Made by a program: the position numbers and the translations under genes. From the NCBI GenBank assembly GCA_964291285.2, contig OZ219788.1:448001-512000 (forward strand): a DNA stretch of 64,000 bases. Reading direction: 5' to 3'. The stretch is from Alphaproteobacteria bacterium. Its GTDB lineage: Bacteria; Pseudomonadota; Alphaproteobacteria; Bin95. Of the stretch, positions 9,437-19,237 are shown piece by piece; position 1 is the first letter of the stretch, and each line of letters begins with the position of its first letter. The notes below the pieces were generated by a model. The model had not been told where the DNA came from. It was given only the letters and a program-made list of their open reading frames with translations, and did not search any database.

Positions 9437-11953
9437 ATGGCGATGCGCGACGGGGATTTCGGGACAGCGCTGGCGCTGCCGGAGGGGGAGGAGGCGATCT
9501 GGTCGCCTCCGATGTCGGCGGTGCCGAGCGAGCTGCGCGACTGGCGGGCGCGGGCGGAAGCGGCGGAAGCGCGTATCAAGGAGTTGCTCCGGACGGAGAG
9601 GGCCGCGCGTTCCCGGGCGGGTTCTCTGAAGTGGCAGCTCGACAGGAGCCGGACCAGGCTGAAGGCGGCCGTCGAGGAGACGGCGCGTATTCGCCGTGCG
9701 GCGAAGGATGCACTGTTCCATCAGGCGGAGGTGGCGCGGCTGGAGAAGCTGCTTGCGGAAGCCGGCGTCGATTCGAGAAAGGGCGCGAACGGACGACTGC
9801 GGAGGGAGAACGCCCGGCTGCACAAGGCGCTGGAGCGAGCGCAGGAGCAGAAGGACAAGATCGCGTCCTTGCGCGGGGAGATATCGGCGCTGCGGAAGTC
9901 GGAACGGGCGGCGCAGGCGTCCCTGTCGAGGGAAGGCGCCAGGTTGAGCAAAGCCCTGGAGCGGACGGACCGGCAGGAGGACATGATCGAGGCGCTGCGC
10001 ACGGAACTGCGCGAGGCGCACAAGGCAACAGCACGACTGGACAAGGAAGTCGCGCGGCTCGGCATGGAGGTCGCGGCGCTCGGCGAGGAGGCGTCGGCGT
10101 CGACGGTCCTGGCGGACGCGATCAAGGCGTTGCGCGCGGAGAATGCCGCCCTGCAGAAGACGGCGAGGGCCTTGGAGAGCCGGTGCAAATGGCTCGACAG
10201 CGAGAACGCCGATCTTCACTGGTCGATCGGAAAATCCCTGGAATATCGGCAGCGGCTCGAAGCCCGGCATCGCGACGAGACCGACCGTCTGCACCGGGAG
10301 ATTGCGCGGGAGCGTTCGTATCGTGCGCGGTCGTGGGAACGCCAACAGGCCGTCGTCGGGCCCCTGAGCAAGCGGCTTGTCCAGCATCGCAAGGCGACCG
10401 TGCGGGCGAAGGACGTCATCGAATCGGTGCGCCGGCGCAACGCCCGACTGCGCACCGAGGTGCGGGAGTTGCGGGCCGAGAGGACAGCGCTGGCCTCGCG
10501 CGCCGAGACGCTGGAAGCCCAGGTCGAGAAGCTGCGCTCGACCCGCAGCGTTCTGTCGAAGGCGCTGTTCGGCAGCAGGAGCGAGAAGCAGAAGAAAGCC
10601 GGCACGGGGCGCAAGCGCGGCCAGCAGCCCGGCGCGCCGGGCCACGGCCGTACCAGGCGGCCCGGTCTCCGGGAGAAGAAGGAACGGCGCAACCCGCCCA
10701 AGGATGCGCGCCTCTGTTCCTGCTGCGGCAAGCCCTATGTCGCCAACGGCGAGCGTTCCACGAGCCTCATCGAGATCGAGGTCAAGGCTCACATCCGCAG
10801 GATCGAGCGGCCGCGCTGGCGCCGGGGTTGCGAGTGTGTGTCGTCGCCGCTGGAGGCGACCGCGCCGCCGGTGGCGCGGCTGTTCCCCGGAACGCTCTAC
10901 GGAACCGGCTTCTGGGCACGGTTCCTGTTCGAGCACTGTGCGTGCCTGCGCCCGCTGAGCCGGGTCGCAGCGTGGTATGCCGACCAGGGCCTGCCGGTCT
11001 CGGCGGGCACGCTGGCCAACAGCCTGAAGCGCTTCGTGCCGCTGTTCGACCCGATCCACAAGGCGATCCTCGCGCATCAGAACCGGACAACGGTGCGCCA
11101 TGCCGACGAGACCGGCTGGCGGGTGCAGGAGTTCCGCCGCAACGGCCGGTCGAGCCGCGCCTGGCTGTGGACTTCGGTCAGCAAGGACGCGGTCTACTTC
11201 CTTATCGATCCCTCGCGCAGCGCCGAGGTCGCGAAGACCCTGTTCGGCGACACCGATTGCACCGTGTTCGTGGTCTGCGACCGCTACAGCGCCTACAGGA
11301 AGCTGGCGCGCGAACTCGACGGCAAGGCGATCCTCTGCTTCTGTTGGGCGCATCAGAGGCGCGACTTCGTCGAGGGCGCCGCCGGCCATGCGCGGCTGGC
11401 CCGCTGGTGCGAGGGATGGATCGAGCGGATCGGGGAGATCTACCGCCTGAACGACGAAAGGCTGAAGCATTACGACCCCGCTCGCGCTCTCGAACGCCAG
11501 ACGCCGGCCTTCGACGCGGCGCAGGACAAGTTGAAGAAGGTGGTCGAGCGCCTGTTCGCGGACGCCGTGGCGGAGTTGGCCGGCCTGCCGGAAAAAGCGC
11601 GCAAGGCAAAGGCCCTGCGCTCGCTGCTCAAGCATCGCGAAGGGTTGTGCGTCTTCGTCGACAATCCCCAGGTTCCGATGGACAACAATCTCGCCGAACG
11701 CGTGCTCCGCGGGCCGGTCATCGGACGCCGGGCGAGCTTCGGTTCCAACAGCGAGGACGGCGCGAAGTTCACCGCGATCATGTACTCGGTCGTGGGTACG
11801 CTCTCGATCAACGGCATCAATGTCCTGCGCTGGCTGGAGGCATGGCTCGAAGCCTGCGCGAAGGACGGCGGCAAACCGCCGGAAGACCTGTCCCCGTGGC
11901 TGCCCTGGACGATGAGCGAGGCGCGCAGGCGCAAGTTCACGGCGCAGGAATGA
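9437..11953 (+). CDS. tnpC: IS66-family transposase with long coiled-coil N-terminus
   Basis: LFGSRSEK, CSCCG, HADETGW, CDRYSAY, CWAHQRR, DNNLAERVLR, WLPW; paralog of 5861-8026. Confidence 0.92.
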   Translation: MAMRDGDFGTALALPEGEEAIWSPPMSAVPSELRDWRARAEAAEARIKELLRTERAARSRAGSLKWQLDRSRTRLKAAVEETARIRRAAKDALFHQAEVARLEKLLAEAGVDSRKGANGRLRRENARLHKALERAQEQKDKIASLRGEISALRKSERAAQASLSREGARLSKALERTDRQEDMIEALRTELREAHKATARLDKEVARLGMEVAALGEEASASTVLADAIKALRAENAALQKTARALESRCKWLDSENADLHWSIGKSLEYRQRLEARHRDETDRLHREIARERSYRARSWERQQAVVGPLSKRLVQHRKATVRAKDVIESVRRRNARLRTEVRELRAERTALASRAETLEAQVEKLRSTRSVLSKALFGSRSEKQKKAGTGRKRGQQPGAPGHGRTRRPGLREKKERRNPPKDARLCSCCGKPYVANGERSTSLIEIEVKAHIRRIERPRWRRGCECVSSPLEATAPPVARLFPGTLYGTGFWARFLFEHCACLRPLSRVAAWYADQGLPVSAGTLANSLKRFVPLFDPIHKAILAHQNRTTVRHADETGWRVQEFRRNGRSSRAWLWTSVSKDAVYFLIDPSRSAEVAKTLFGDTDCTVFVVCDRYSAYRKLARELDGKAILCFCWAHQRRDFVEGAAGHARLARWCEGWIERIGEIYRLNDERLKHYDPARALERQTPAFDAAQDKLKKVVERLFADAVAELAGLPEKARKAKALRSLLKHREGLCVFVDNPQVPMDNNLAERVLRGPVIGRRASFGSNSEDGAKFTAIMYSVVGTLSINGINVLRWLEAWLEACAKDGGKPPEDLSPWLPWTMSEARRRKFTAQE

Positions 11954-12831
11954 CCGGCGCCGTCGAGTGCCGCTACTACGGGCGCGACTTCACCGCCGAC
12001 GAGATGGCGTTGCTGCGCGCCCTGATCGCCGCCAACCCGCAGCCGACCCGCGCCGCCCTGTCCAGAGAGTTCTGCCGGCGTATCGAGTGGTTCAAGCCCG
12101 ACGGCGGCCTCAAGGACATGATGGCCAAGGTGACCATGCTCGCCATGCACCGCGACGGCGTGATCGTCCTGCCGCCGCCGAGGGGAAAACAGGGCCGGCC
12201 CAGGCCCATCGTCTTCGGGCCCGACACCGAGCCGCCGCTGTTCCCGGCGCCGACGACCCTCGACGAGGTTCGCCCCCTCGACTTCCGCACGGTCGTGCGC
12301 GACACCCGCGATGGCAAGCTCTGGAACGAGTTCGTCGCCCGCTACCACTATCTCGGATACAAGCCCCTGGTCGGCGCCCAGATGCGCTACGCCGTCCATG
12401 ACCGGAACGGCTGGCCGCTGGCCATGCTCGGCTTCTCCACCGCCGCATGGAAGCTCGCCTCGCGCGACAGCTTCATCGGATGGTCGCCCGAGATGCGCGA
12501 AAAGAACCTGCCGCTGGTGGTCGACAACCCGCGCTTCCTGATATTGCCGTGGGTCGAGATCCCCAATCTCGGCTCGCACATCCTCGCCATCGTGCGACGG
12601 CGCCTGCCCACCGACTGGACCGAGCGCTACAACATCACGCCCGTGCTCATCGAGACCTTCGTCGAAACGCCCCGCTACTCCGGCGCCGTCTACAAGGCGT
12701 CGGGCTGGACCCGCGTCGGGACCACTCAGGGACGCGGCCGCTACGACACCCTCATGAGGCGCGCCGAACCCAGAAAGGACATCTGGCTGCGCCCGCTGAA
12801 ACGAGACTGGAAACAAACCCTCAATCGCTGA
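11950..12831 (+). CDS. DUF4338 (DruA-like) protein
   Basis: MTGAVECRYYGRDFT..., closely similar to 4983-5864; ATGA overlap with the transposase stop. Confidence 0.85.
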   Translation: MTGAVECRYYGRDFTADEMALLRALIAANPQPTRAALSREFCRRIEWFKPDGGLKDMMAKVTMLAMHRDGVIVLPPPRGKQGRPRPIVFGPDTEPPLFPAPTTLDEVRPLDFRTVVRDTRDGKLWNEFVARYHYLGYKPLVGAQMRYAVHDRNGWPLAMLGFSTAAWKLASRDSFIGWSPEMREKNLPLVVDNPRFLILPWVEIPNLGSHILAIVRRRLPTDWTERYNITPVLIETFVETPRYSGAVYKASGWTRVGTTQGRGRYDTLMRRAEPRKDIWLRPLKRDWKQTLNR

Positions 12832-12959
12832 AATCTCAATCCATCACCCGATAACGGAAGCATTACCCTCCGGCAACGGGCCCTGCACGCGCAGCGGCCC
12901 GTTTCGCACCTCTGCGCCCTTCTCCGGCGCACCCCTCCCACCCTCATCGGAGACCCCCC

Positions 12960-13007
12960 ATGGACCTCACCCGAGACGCCATGCTCGTCAGCCTGCGGAT
13001 CAACAAC
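12960..13007 (+). pseudogene. 5' stub of a DUF3150-like gene, cut by an IS1380 end
   Basis: MDLTRDAMLVSLRI matches MNLSHDAMLVSLRI at 37160; GGAG RBS upstream. Confidence 0.75.
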
Positions 13008-14051
13008 CCTAAATCCGGCAGTTGACGAGCTTGATCGCTGTCTCGGGGTAGTGTGAACGGTCGGATTTGGGCGTGGATTTCAGCACGTGGTCGCGGCCCT
13101 GGGTGGCGGCAGCCAGGGTTGACGCCCCGGTTCGCGGCCATGGAGGTATTTCCTGAGCGCCTCGGCGAGGATGCGGCGCCAGCGATCCCCGGCGCTCAAC
13201 TGCTCCGCAGTTTGCGTCAGCGACCGGAAGAAGCCGGCGATCCGGCGCAGCGCCGCCATCACCGTCTTGCGACGCCCGTGATGGGAGGTCACCGTCAGCC
13301 GGGTCTGGCCGGCGTGGTGGGTCTGGCGGGCAACCCCGTGCAGGAGCAGCGGCCGGCTGGTGATCGCCTCGCGGTGATGGTCGGGGTCGGCGAGGCGCAC
13401 GAACAGGCTCCACCAGTTGTAGATGAGCGCGATCAGCCGGGCCATGTGCCGGCAGCGCGTCAGGTCGCGCGTGGTGAAGCCGCCCCAGCCCCACTGGTTC
13501 TTCAACTCGTCGAAGCCGTTCTCCGCGTCCGCCCGGTCGCGGTAGAGCTGGGCCAGCGAGCGTATCTCCAGGTCCAGCGAGGTCGCCAGCACCGCGAACT
13601 CCCACACCCCGGTGCCGGGCTGCGCCCCGGTCCGGAACAACTCGCCCCGGGCCTTGTCGCCACGCGTCAGCGCCAGCGTCGCAGGAAGCCGCCGACGCAG
13701 CACCACAACCCGGCGCGTCCGGCTCCAGCCCTGCAGACGCAGATCGGCCCCGATCCCCGACCAGCCCTGGCCCGCATCCTCCCAGCCGTCCCGCGCCATC
13801 AGCCGCCCGGCAAGCCGGCGCGCCCCCTTCGTCAGGCGCAGCTTGAACAGATAGTCCGGACCCGCAGCCTCGCACGACGCCATGTTGGCCTCGCTGCCCC
13901 AGTCCTTGTCGCCCCGCACCAGACGCGGCCAGCGATCCCGCCCAAGACGGTCGAGCAACGCCCACAAGGACGGCGCCGCGCGCCTCGAATGGTGATGGTT
14001 GCCCGGCGCCACCTCGACATCCGGAACAAGCCGCGTCCCCGCCATCACAAA
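13008..14051 (-). mobile_element. IS1380-family element, 5'-truncated (transposase fragment 13080-14051)
   Basis: LVRGDKDWG, YRDRADAENGFDELKNQWGWGGF, ALIYNWW; terminal CCTAAATCCGGCAGTT at 13008. Confidence 0.75.
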
Positions 14052-14252
14052 CGTCCATTGCCGGGCGGGTCGGCCACCCCGTATCATGAAAACAGGTGCC
14101 GGCCGCGCGGGCGGGACTTCGGGCTTTTACGGGGTTGCCTACCGGTCACGGTCCGCAAGACGGGCGCCGCAGATGGCGAGTATCGGACGCCTCGGGAGCA
14201 GTGCTCTGGCGGGGAGGGGTTTTTTGCGCCCGATCCCCAACCATTTTCACGG
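14052..14252 (+). repeat. ~202-bp non-coding MITE-like element, copy 1
   Basis: Near-identical to 53358-53559 and to the reverse complement of 59047-59248. Confidence 0.85.
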
Positions 14253-14300
14253 CAAGACCCCGCCTGAGGGTCCTCGATCGGCTCCACGCCCGCCGCAAAC

Positions 14301-15650
14301 TCAGATCCCGATACCCTGCGGTCTACGTCGGATGCTTGCATCCGATCGCTCCGGATCCCCGGTTCTGCCCCGGAGGGAGGATCGCCCTCCCTCCGGTGAT
14401 GCCGACGCACCGGGCCTGGACGGCGCAGGTATGTCGGCCGATGCATCGCCATGCTCCGCCTCGTCCGACAGTGGGGGCGGTTTGGTGCTGTATCCCATGG
14501 CGCGCGCGATGGCGGCCGCAGCCTGCGCGGCGGCGTCGCGCATTGCGCCATCGTCGAGATGGGCGTAGATCGCGGTGGTCTCCCGCTTGCGGTGTCCGAG
14601 CAGCCGTCCGACCGTGGTGAGCCCGACGCCGTTCATGACGCCCTGCGAGGCCCAGGTGTGGCGGCAGTCGTGGATGCGAAGGCCCGGAAGCCCCGCCTCG
14701 TCGCGGATACCGCACCAGAAGGTGTAGAGCCTTGCCGATGTGAGGGTCTCGGGGAACACCCGCTCCCGGCCATCCGGTCGCGGCAGCGCCTCGACCAGCC
14801 TTGCCGCTTCGGGTCCGAGCCAGATGGTGCGCGGGCCGGTCTTGGAGTCTTCGATGCGCGCGCTCGCGCCGTCTCCGGCCAGCTCACCGATCTCGTCCCA
14901 CCTGAGGTTGATGACTTCGGAGAGCCGCGCTCCGGTCAGGGTCAGCAGCCGGATGGCCGCCACCGGCCAGGGGTGTTCCTCCCGGTGGCGGTCGAGCACC
15001 GCGCCGAGACGCTCCAGCTCTTCGCGGCTGAGGTAACGCGCGACGGGCTTGCGGGGGTTCTTCACGATGTTGGCGCAGGCATCGGGGACATGCTCGCCGA
15101 GGTCGCCCCACTGCCGGGCCGTCCCGAGCATGGCTCGGAGTATCTCGAAGGCGCGGTTGGCGGCGCCGGGCCTGTCCGCGCTGGCGGCGTCGAACCACGC
15201 CGAGACCCGCGCATGGTCGATGGCGTCGAGCCGGAGCCTGCCGAAATGCGGCATCAGGCGGTTCTTCAGGTAGATGTCGAAGGTCTTGAGCGAGGACGGC
15301 TTCCAGCGGTGTTTCCGCCGCGAGCGGTAACGGGCGGCGAAGTCCCGGAACAGCGGCGCCTTCTCCTTGCGCGGCGGCGTCACGTCTTCGCCGCCCCACA
15401 GGCGGGCGAGCACGGCTGCGCCTTCCCGGCGCGCCGCGTCGAGAGGCAGTTCGGGGAAGCGCCCGAGGGTGATCTTGCGCATGCGTCCCCGGACGCGGGT
15501 CTGGACGATCCAGGACCGGACGCCGGAGGGCTGCACCCTGACCCCGAAATGCGCCAGCAGATTGTCCCACAGGGTGTATTCCCGTTCCGCCGGCTTGGCG
15601 GCGGCGACGGCCTTCACGGTGAGCCGGACACGATGCCTGCCGCCGCTCAT
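14301..15650 (-). CDS. Tyrosine recombinase/integrase with Arm-type N-terminal domain (second of a pair)
   Basis: EYTLWD..FGVRVQPSG, LTGARLSE, SKTG, HDCRHTWAS, LLGH, TAIYAH. Confidence 0.92.
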   Translation of the reverse strand: MSGGRHRVRLTVKAVAAAKPAEREYTLWDNLLAHFGVRVQPSGVRSWIVQTRVRGRMRKITLGRFPELPLDAARREGAAVLARLWGGEDVTPPRKEKAPLFRDFAARYRSRRKHRWKPSSLKTFDIYLKNRLMPHFGRLRLDAIDHARVSAWFDAASADRPGAANRAFEILRAMLGTARQWGDLGEHVPDACANIVKNPRKPVARYLSREELERLGAVLDRHREEHPWPVAAIRLLTLTGARLSEVINLRWDEIGELAGDGASARIEDSKTGPRTIWLGPEAARLVEALPRPDGRERVFPETLTSARLYTFWCGIRDEAGLPGLRIHDCRHTWASQGVMNGVGLTTVGRLLGHRKRETTAIYAHLDDGAMRDAAAQAAAAIARAMGYSTKPPPLSDEAEHGDASADIPAPSRPGASASPEGGRSSLRGRTGDPERSDASIRRRPQGIGI

Positions 15651-16783
15651 CGCCCGCTCTCCTTCCCGGTCATGGCCTCGTGGACGATGCCGGAGATGCG
15701 CCCGGCCGCCTCGCGGACATGCTCGTCGGCGAGATGGGCGTAGCGTTCGGTGGAGGCGGTATCGGCATGGCCGAGCAGGCGGCCGACGGTGTAGAGGTCG
15801 AGGCCGCTCATCACGGCATGGGAGGCGAAGGTATGCCGGCAGTCGTGGATGCGCACATCGTCCAGCCCGGCGAGACCGCGCAGCTTCTGCCAGCGCAGGC
15901 CGAGGTCGGTCATCGGGCCGTCGCCCTTCCCGTTCGGGAAGACGAAGCGTCCCTCGCGCGGCAGGCCAGTCAGGACGGCCCGCGCGGGCGGGGGAAGCTG
16001 GAGCGCCTTCGGTCCGGTCTTGGAGTCCGGCAACACCGCGCGGGTGTCCCGTATCCAGTCCCATTGCAGGCCGGCGATCTCGGATGACCGTGCGCCGGTG
16101 AACAGCAGCAGGCGGATGGCGGCGGCGGCCTGCCGGTCCTCCGCATGGTCGAGGACGAAGCCGAGGCGCTTCAACTCGTCCAGGGACAGGAAGCGCTCGC
16201 GCGGCGCCGTCCTGTAGCGCCGCATGTTGCGGCAGGGGTTGGAGCCCTGCGGGCGAAGGTTCCAGAGTTCCGCCTGCCGCATCATCACCGACAGCACCGG
16301 CAGGGTCCGGTTGGCGCTGCCGGGGGTTCCGCTGAGGGAATCGAACCAGCGCCGCACATCGGCGCGGTCGATCTTCGCGACGGGCATCGCGCCGAAGAAG
16401 GGCACGAGGCCGCGCTCGACCAGATGGGCGTTGGCCTTCCTCGTGGAGGGTTTCCAGCGCCGCCCCTGGCGGCGCATGAAGTCGGCCGCGAAGTCGGCGA
16501 ACAGCGGCCCGGTCTCGCGGTCGGCTTTGGCTTCGGCGATGGCGGCAATGGCCTTCTCCCTCGCCTCGGCGGCGGTCATGTCGTCGGTCGTGCCGAGGAT
16601 CGCCCTGGGCGCGCCGAACTGGCGTGAGGTCCGGACGAAGAAGGTCTTCGTCCCGTTCCCGGCGACGGTGAAGCCGAAGGCGGGCAGGTCCCTGTCGATG
16701 ACGGTCAGGCCGTATCGTCCGGGTTTCTTCTCCCTGAAGGTGCGGCGGACCGTCCGCTCGTTGACGGGGGCATGGATGCGCAT
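15647..16783 (-). CDS. Tyrosine recombinase/integrase (first of a pair)
   Basis: FTGARSSE, DSKTG, HDCRHTFAS, LLGH, TERYAH; stop overlaps the next ATG. Confidence 0.92.
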   Translation of the reverse strand: MRIHAPVNERTVRRTFREKKPGRYGLTVIDRDLPAFGFTVAGNGTKTFFVRTSRQFGAPRAILGTTDDMTAAEAREKAIAAIAEAKADRETGPLFADFAADFMRRQGRRWKPSTRKANAHLVERGLVPFFGAMPVAKIDRADVRRWFDSLSGTPGSANRTLPVLSVMMRQAELWNLRPQGSNPCRNMRRYRTAPRERFLSLDELKRLGFVLDHAEDRQAAAAIRLLLFTGARSSEIAGLQWDWIRDTRAVLPDSKTGPKALQLPPPARAVLTGLPREGRFVFPNGKGDGPMTDLGLRWQKLRGLAGLDDVRIHDCRHTFASHAVMSGLDLYTVGRLLGHADTASTERYAHLADEHVREAAGRISGIVHEAMTGKESGR

Positions 16784-17429
16784 GGGCGTGTCTCCGTTGT
16801 CTGTTCCCTCGGGCGCCGTCCGTCCCGGGGGAACGGAACGGCGCTCCTGAACGGACAACGCGACCCGCGCGGGGGATCGCGGCCACAGGGCGGATCAGGC
16901 CCAACCGTCTGTCACGCAACGGAAAACTGCCGACCGATGCAGGCCGGCCGGGCCTCGCTCCCTGCATCAAGGATGCGTCGGGTGTGTGAACCGAGGCCGC
17001 CCCGGGCGGTCCGAAGCGGCCTGATGTGCTGCATTGACGGTGGGGGGATCGACGCCGGCGAGAGCGACGGAGGGGAGCAGCCGCGGCGTTTGAGCGGCGG
17101 GCTGTGCGGCCGGAGGCGCCGGCAGTCGTGCGCAGCACGCTGCCGAAGGCTCGGGCGGTCATGTCCGCACGGGTGCGGACAGCGTTGCACGGCGCAGTGC
17201 GATGCGCGGTGCGCGGCGAAGCCGTCACCGGCGAGGCACGGAGTGCAGCGGCGGCGAGCCGGGGCGGTGCCCGCAGCCGGCCAGGGCGAGCGGGGCGCGT
17301 TCGCCGACGAGCGCGGTGCGCAGCGCCGGTGCGAGGAGACCGTTGCGGTCCGGCGGGCGGTGTGCGCATACGAAAACGGGCCACGCCGCCGCCGGAGCGG
17401 AGACGACGCGGCCCGTCGAGGTGCTGCGG

Positions 17430-18356
17430 TCAGGCGGCGCAGCGCTGCACGGGGATGCCGAGGCTGCGGGCCTTGTCGACGAGGTTCTCGGTGATGCCGG
17501 AGCCGGGGAAGGCGATGACGCCCTTGGGCAGGAGGTTGAGCAGTTCGTCGTTGCGGCGGAAGGGTGCGGCGCGACCGTGGCGGTCCCAGTCGGGCTTGCA
17601 GACGACCTGGTGGACGCCGTTGCGCTCTGCCCAGCTGGCGGCGATCTTCTCGACGCCGGGGCCGCCGCCGTGGACGAGCACCATGTCGGCATACTTGGCG
17701 CGGACCTTGTCGAGGCGCTCGATGACGGCCGCCGGGTTTGCGATGTCCTTTCCGCCTGCGATGGCGACCAGTGTGCCTTGGGGCAGGTGTGCCTGTGTCT
17801 TGCGGTCCTTTCGGGCGCGGACGAAGTCGCGGGCGTCGATGGCTGCGGAGGTCAGATGTCCGGTCTGGCTGGCGTGGCTGCCGCGCCGGGGCCGCCATGT
17901 GTCGCCGGTGTCTGCGCGGTAGGCTTCGGCGGCCTCGTCGCGCAGGGTCTCGAAGGCGTCGCGGCGGTCGCCGAGGTTCTGCGCGCGGTCGGTCACGAGT
18001 TCCAGTTCCAGGGACCTGATCTCGGAGCCGTCCTGTGTGCGCTGGAGGTCCTGGAGTTCGGGGGTGAGCTTGTCGACACTACGGTCGAGGCGCTGTGTCT
18101 GTGCGTGGAGCATGTTGACGAAGCCCCAGAGGAGGTGTTCGCGTTCGTCGGCCATCTGGTATCCGTCGGGCGCGACGCCCTGGCTGAGGATGCGGAAGGC
18201 TTCGGCGACGGCGGTGATGGCCTCGTCCTGGTCCCAGATCTCTCGGGTGTCGAACTCGTCGCGCTCGGGGGTTGCGCCGAAGAGGGCGGCGTTGTCGCAG
18301 ACGATCGCGGTTGCGGACTGCGCTGCGGTTTCGATTGTGTCGGTATGGAAGGTCAT
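17430..18356 (-). CDS. DUF2493 / YspA-related SLOG-domain protein
   Basis: VAIAGGKD, VLVHGG, AASWAERNGV, PDWDRHGRAAPFRRNDELL, IAFPGSG. Confidence 0.85.
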   Translation of the reverse strand: MTFHTDTIETAAQSATAIVCDNAALFGATPERDEFDTREIWDQDEAITAVAEAFRILSQGVAPDGYQMADEREHLLWGFVNMLHAQTQRLDRSVDKLTPELQDLQRTQDGSEIRSLELELVTDRAQNLGDRRDAFETLRDEAAEAYRADTGDTWRPRRGSHASQTGHLTSAAIDARDFVRARKDRKTQAHLPQGTLVAIAGGKDIANPAAVIERLDKVRAKYADMVLVHGGGPGVEKIAASWAERNGVHQVVCKPDWDRHGRAAPFRRNDELLNLLPKGVIAFPGSGITENLVDKARSLGIPVQRCAA

Positions 18357-18880
18357 GTCGTTTTCCTTTCGGTTTCACGTTCGGGGCCGATCCCCGTTGT
18401 GATGTCCTGTCGGGACACGCGCGCGGACCGCAGCCACCGGGGCCGGAATGAATGGCCTGGCGGGATGCGCGAGTGGTGCGGGCGCACAAGCGAGCGCAGC
18501 GAGTGCGGAGCCACGGTCGCGCATTCCGTCAGGACTAGGCGCTTGCGCCGTTTCATTCCGAGTCCCGGCCGGAACGGAGCGTCAGCGGAGTGGAGGACCC
18601 CGCAGGGGTTGGCGTAGGGAGCACGTGTGACACGATTGGACATCACAGCGGGGTGGCGTATTTCTCTCCCCCAGCACGGACCCCATCGTCGTTTCGGCAC
18701 GGCGTCGTGAAGGATCCGCGGCCCTTGTTAGTGACTGCCCGGAACTGCAAGCGGAGCGCGCAGCGACCGGAGGGGTGAGGGACAGGAGCGGATGGCCCGG
18801 TCGCGAAGCGGCGCGCCCGAATCCCCCGCCGCCATCGCCGCGGGGTTCGTCGGGGGCGATGCGTCGGAAGACGCTGGCGC

Positions 18881-19237
18881 TCATGACACGCTGCCTTCTG
18901 CCTGCCGGTCGTTGCGCTCGGCCAGCACCTGCGCGGCCCATTCCGCGGCCCGGGCGAGGACATCGCCGTGGCAGGGCAGCGGTTCGCACCAGCAGGCGAG
19001 CCAGCAGCCATTGAGTTCGGCCAGCTCCTCCAGCGAGACCTCGCCCGCGCGGATGCGGCGCCAGAGGTCGGCGCGGTAGCGGGCGATCGCCTGCGCGCGG
19101 TCCTGCCCGGGGGCGATTCGGAACGGATTGCCCCACCGGGTGCGGCGGTCGATCAGCACGGTGTTGTTGAAGACATGCGCGTATTCGAACGCCTCGCGCA
19201 GCCGGGTCTCGGTTTTCAGATTGACGACGGCTTTCAT
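18881..19237 (-). CDS. DUF4326-domain protein
   Basis: IDRRTRWGNPF and LACWCEPLPCHGDVL motifs. Confidence 0.85.
   Translation of the reverse strand: MKAVVNLKTETRLREAFEYAHVFNNTVLIDRRTRWGNPFRIAPGQDRAQAIARYRADLWRRIRAGEVSLEELAELNGCWLACWCEPLPCHGDVLARAAEWAAQVLAERNDRQAEGSVS

Larger units (their letters stand above)
9257..12866 (+). mobile_element. IS66-family element (transposase plus DUF4338), copy B, with 132-bp terminal IR
   Basis: Starts GTAA, ends TTAC; 8-bp target duplication CCTCCGGC (9249-9256, 12867-12874). Confidence 0.92.

Noticed and set aside
9307-11949. N-terminal 880 aa of the 1174-aa ORF
   Set aside because: Alternate frame over the transposase; the real DUF4338 gene starts at 11950, as in the paralog
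15651-17384. 1027-aa integrase
   Set aside because: Upstream part is a GC-rich shadow frame over the first integrase
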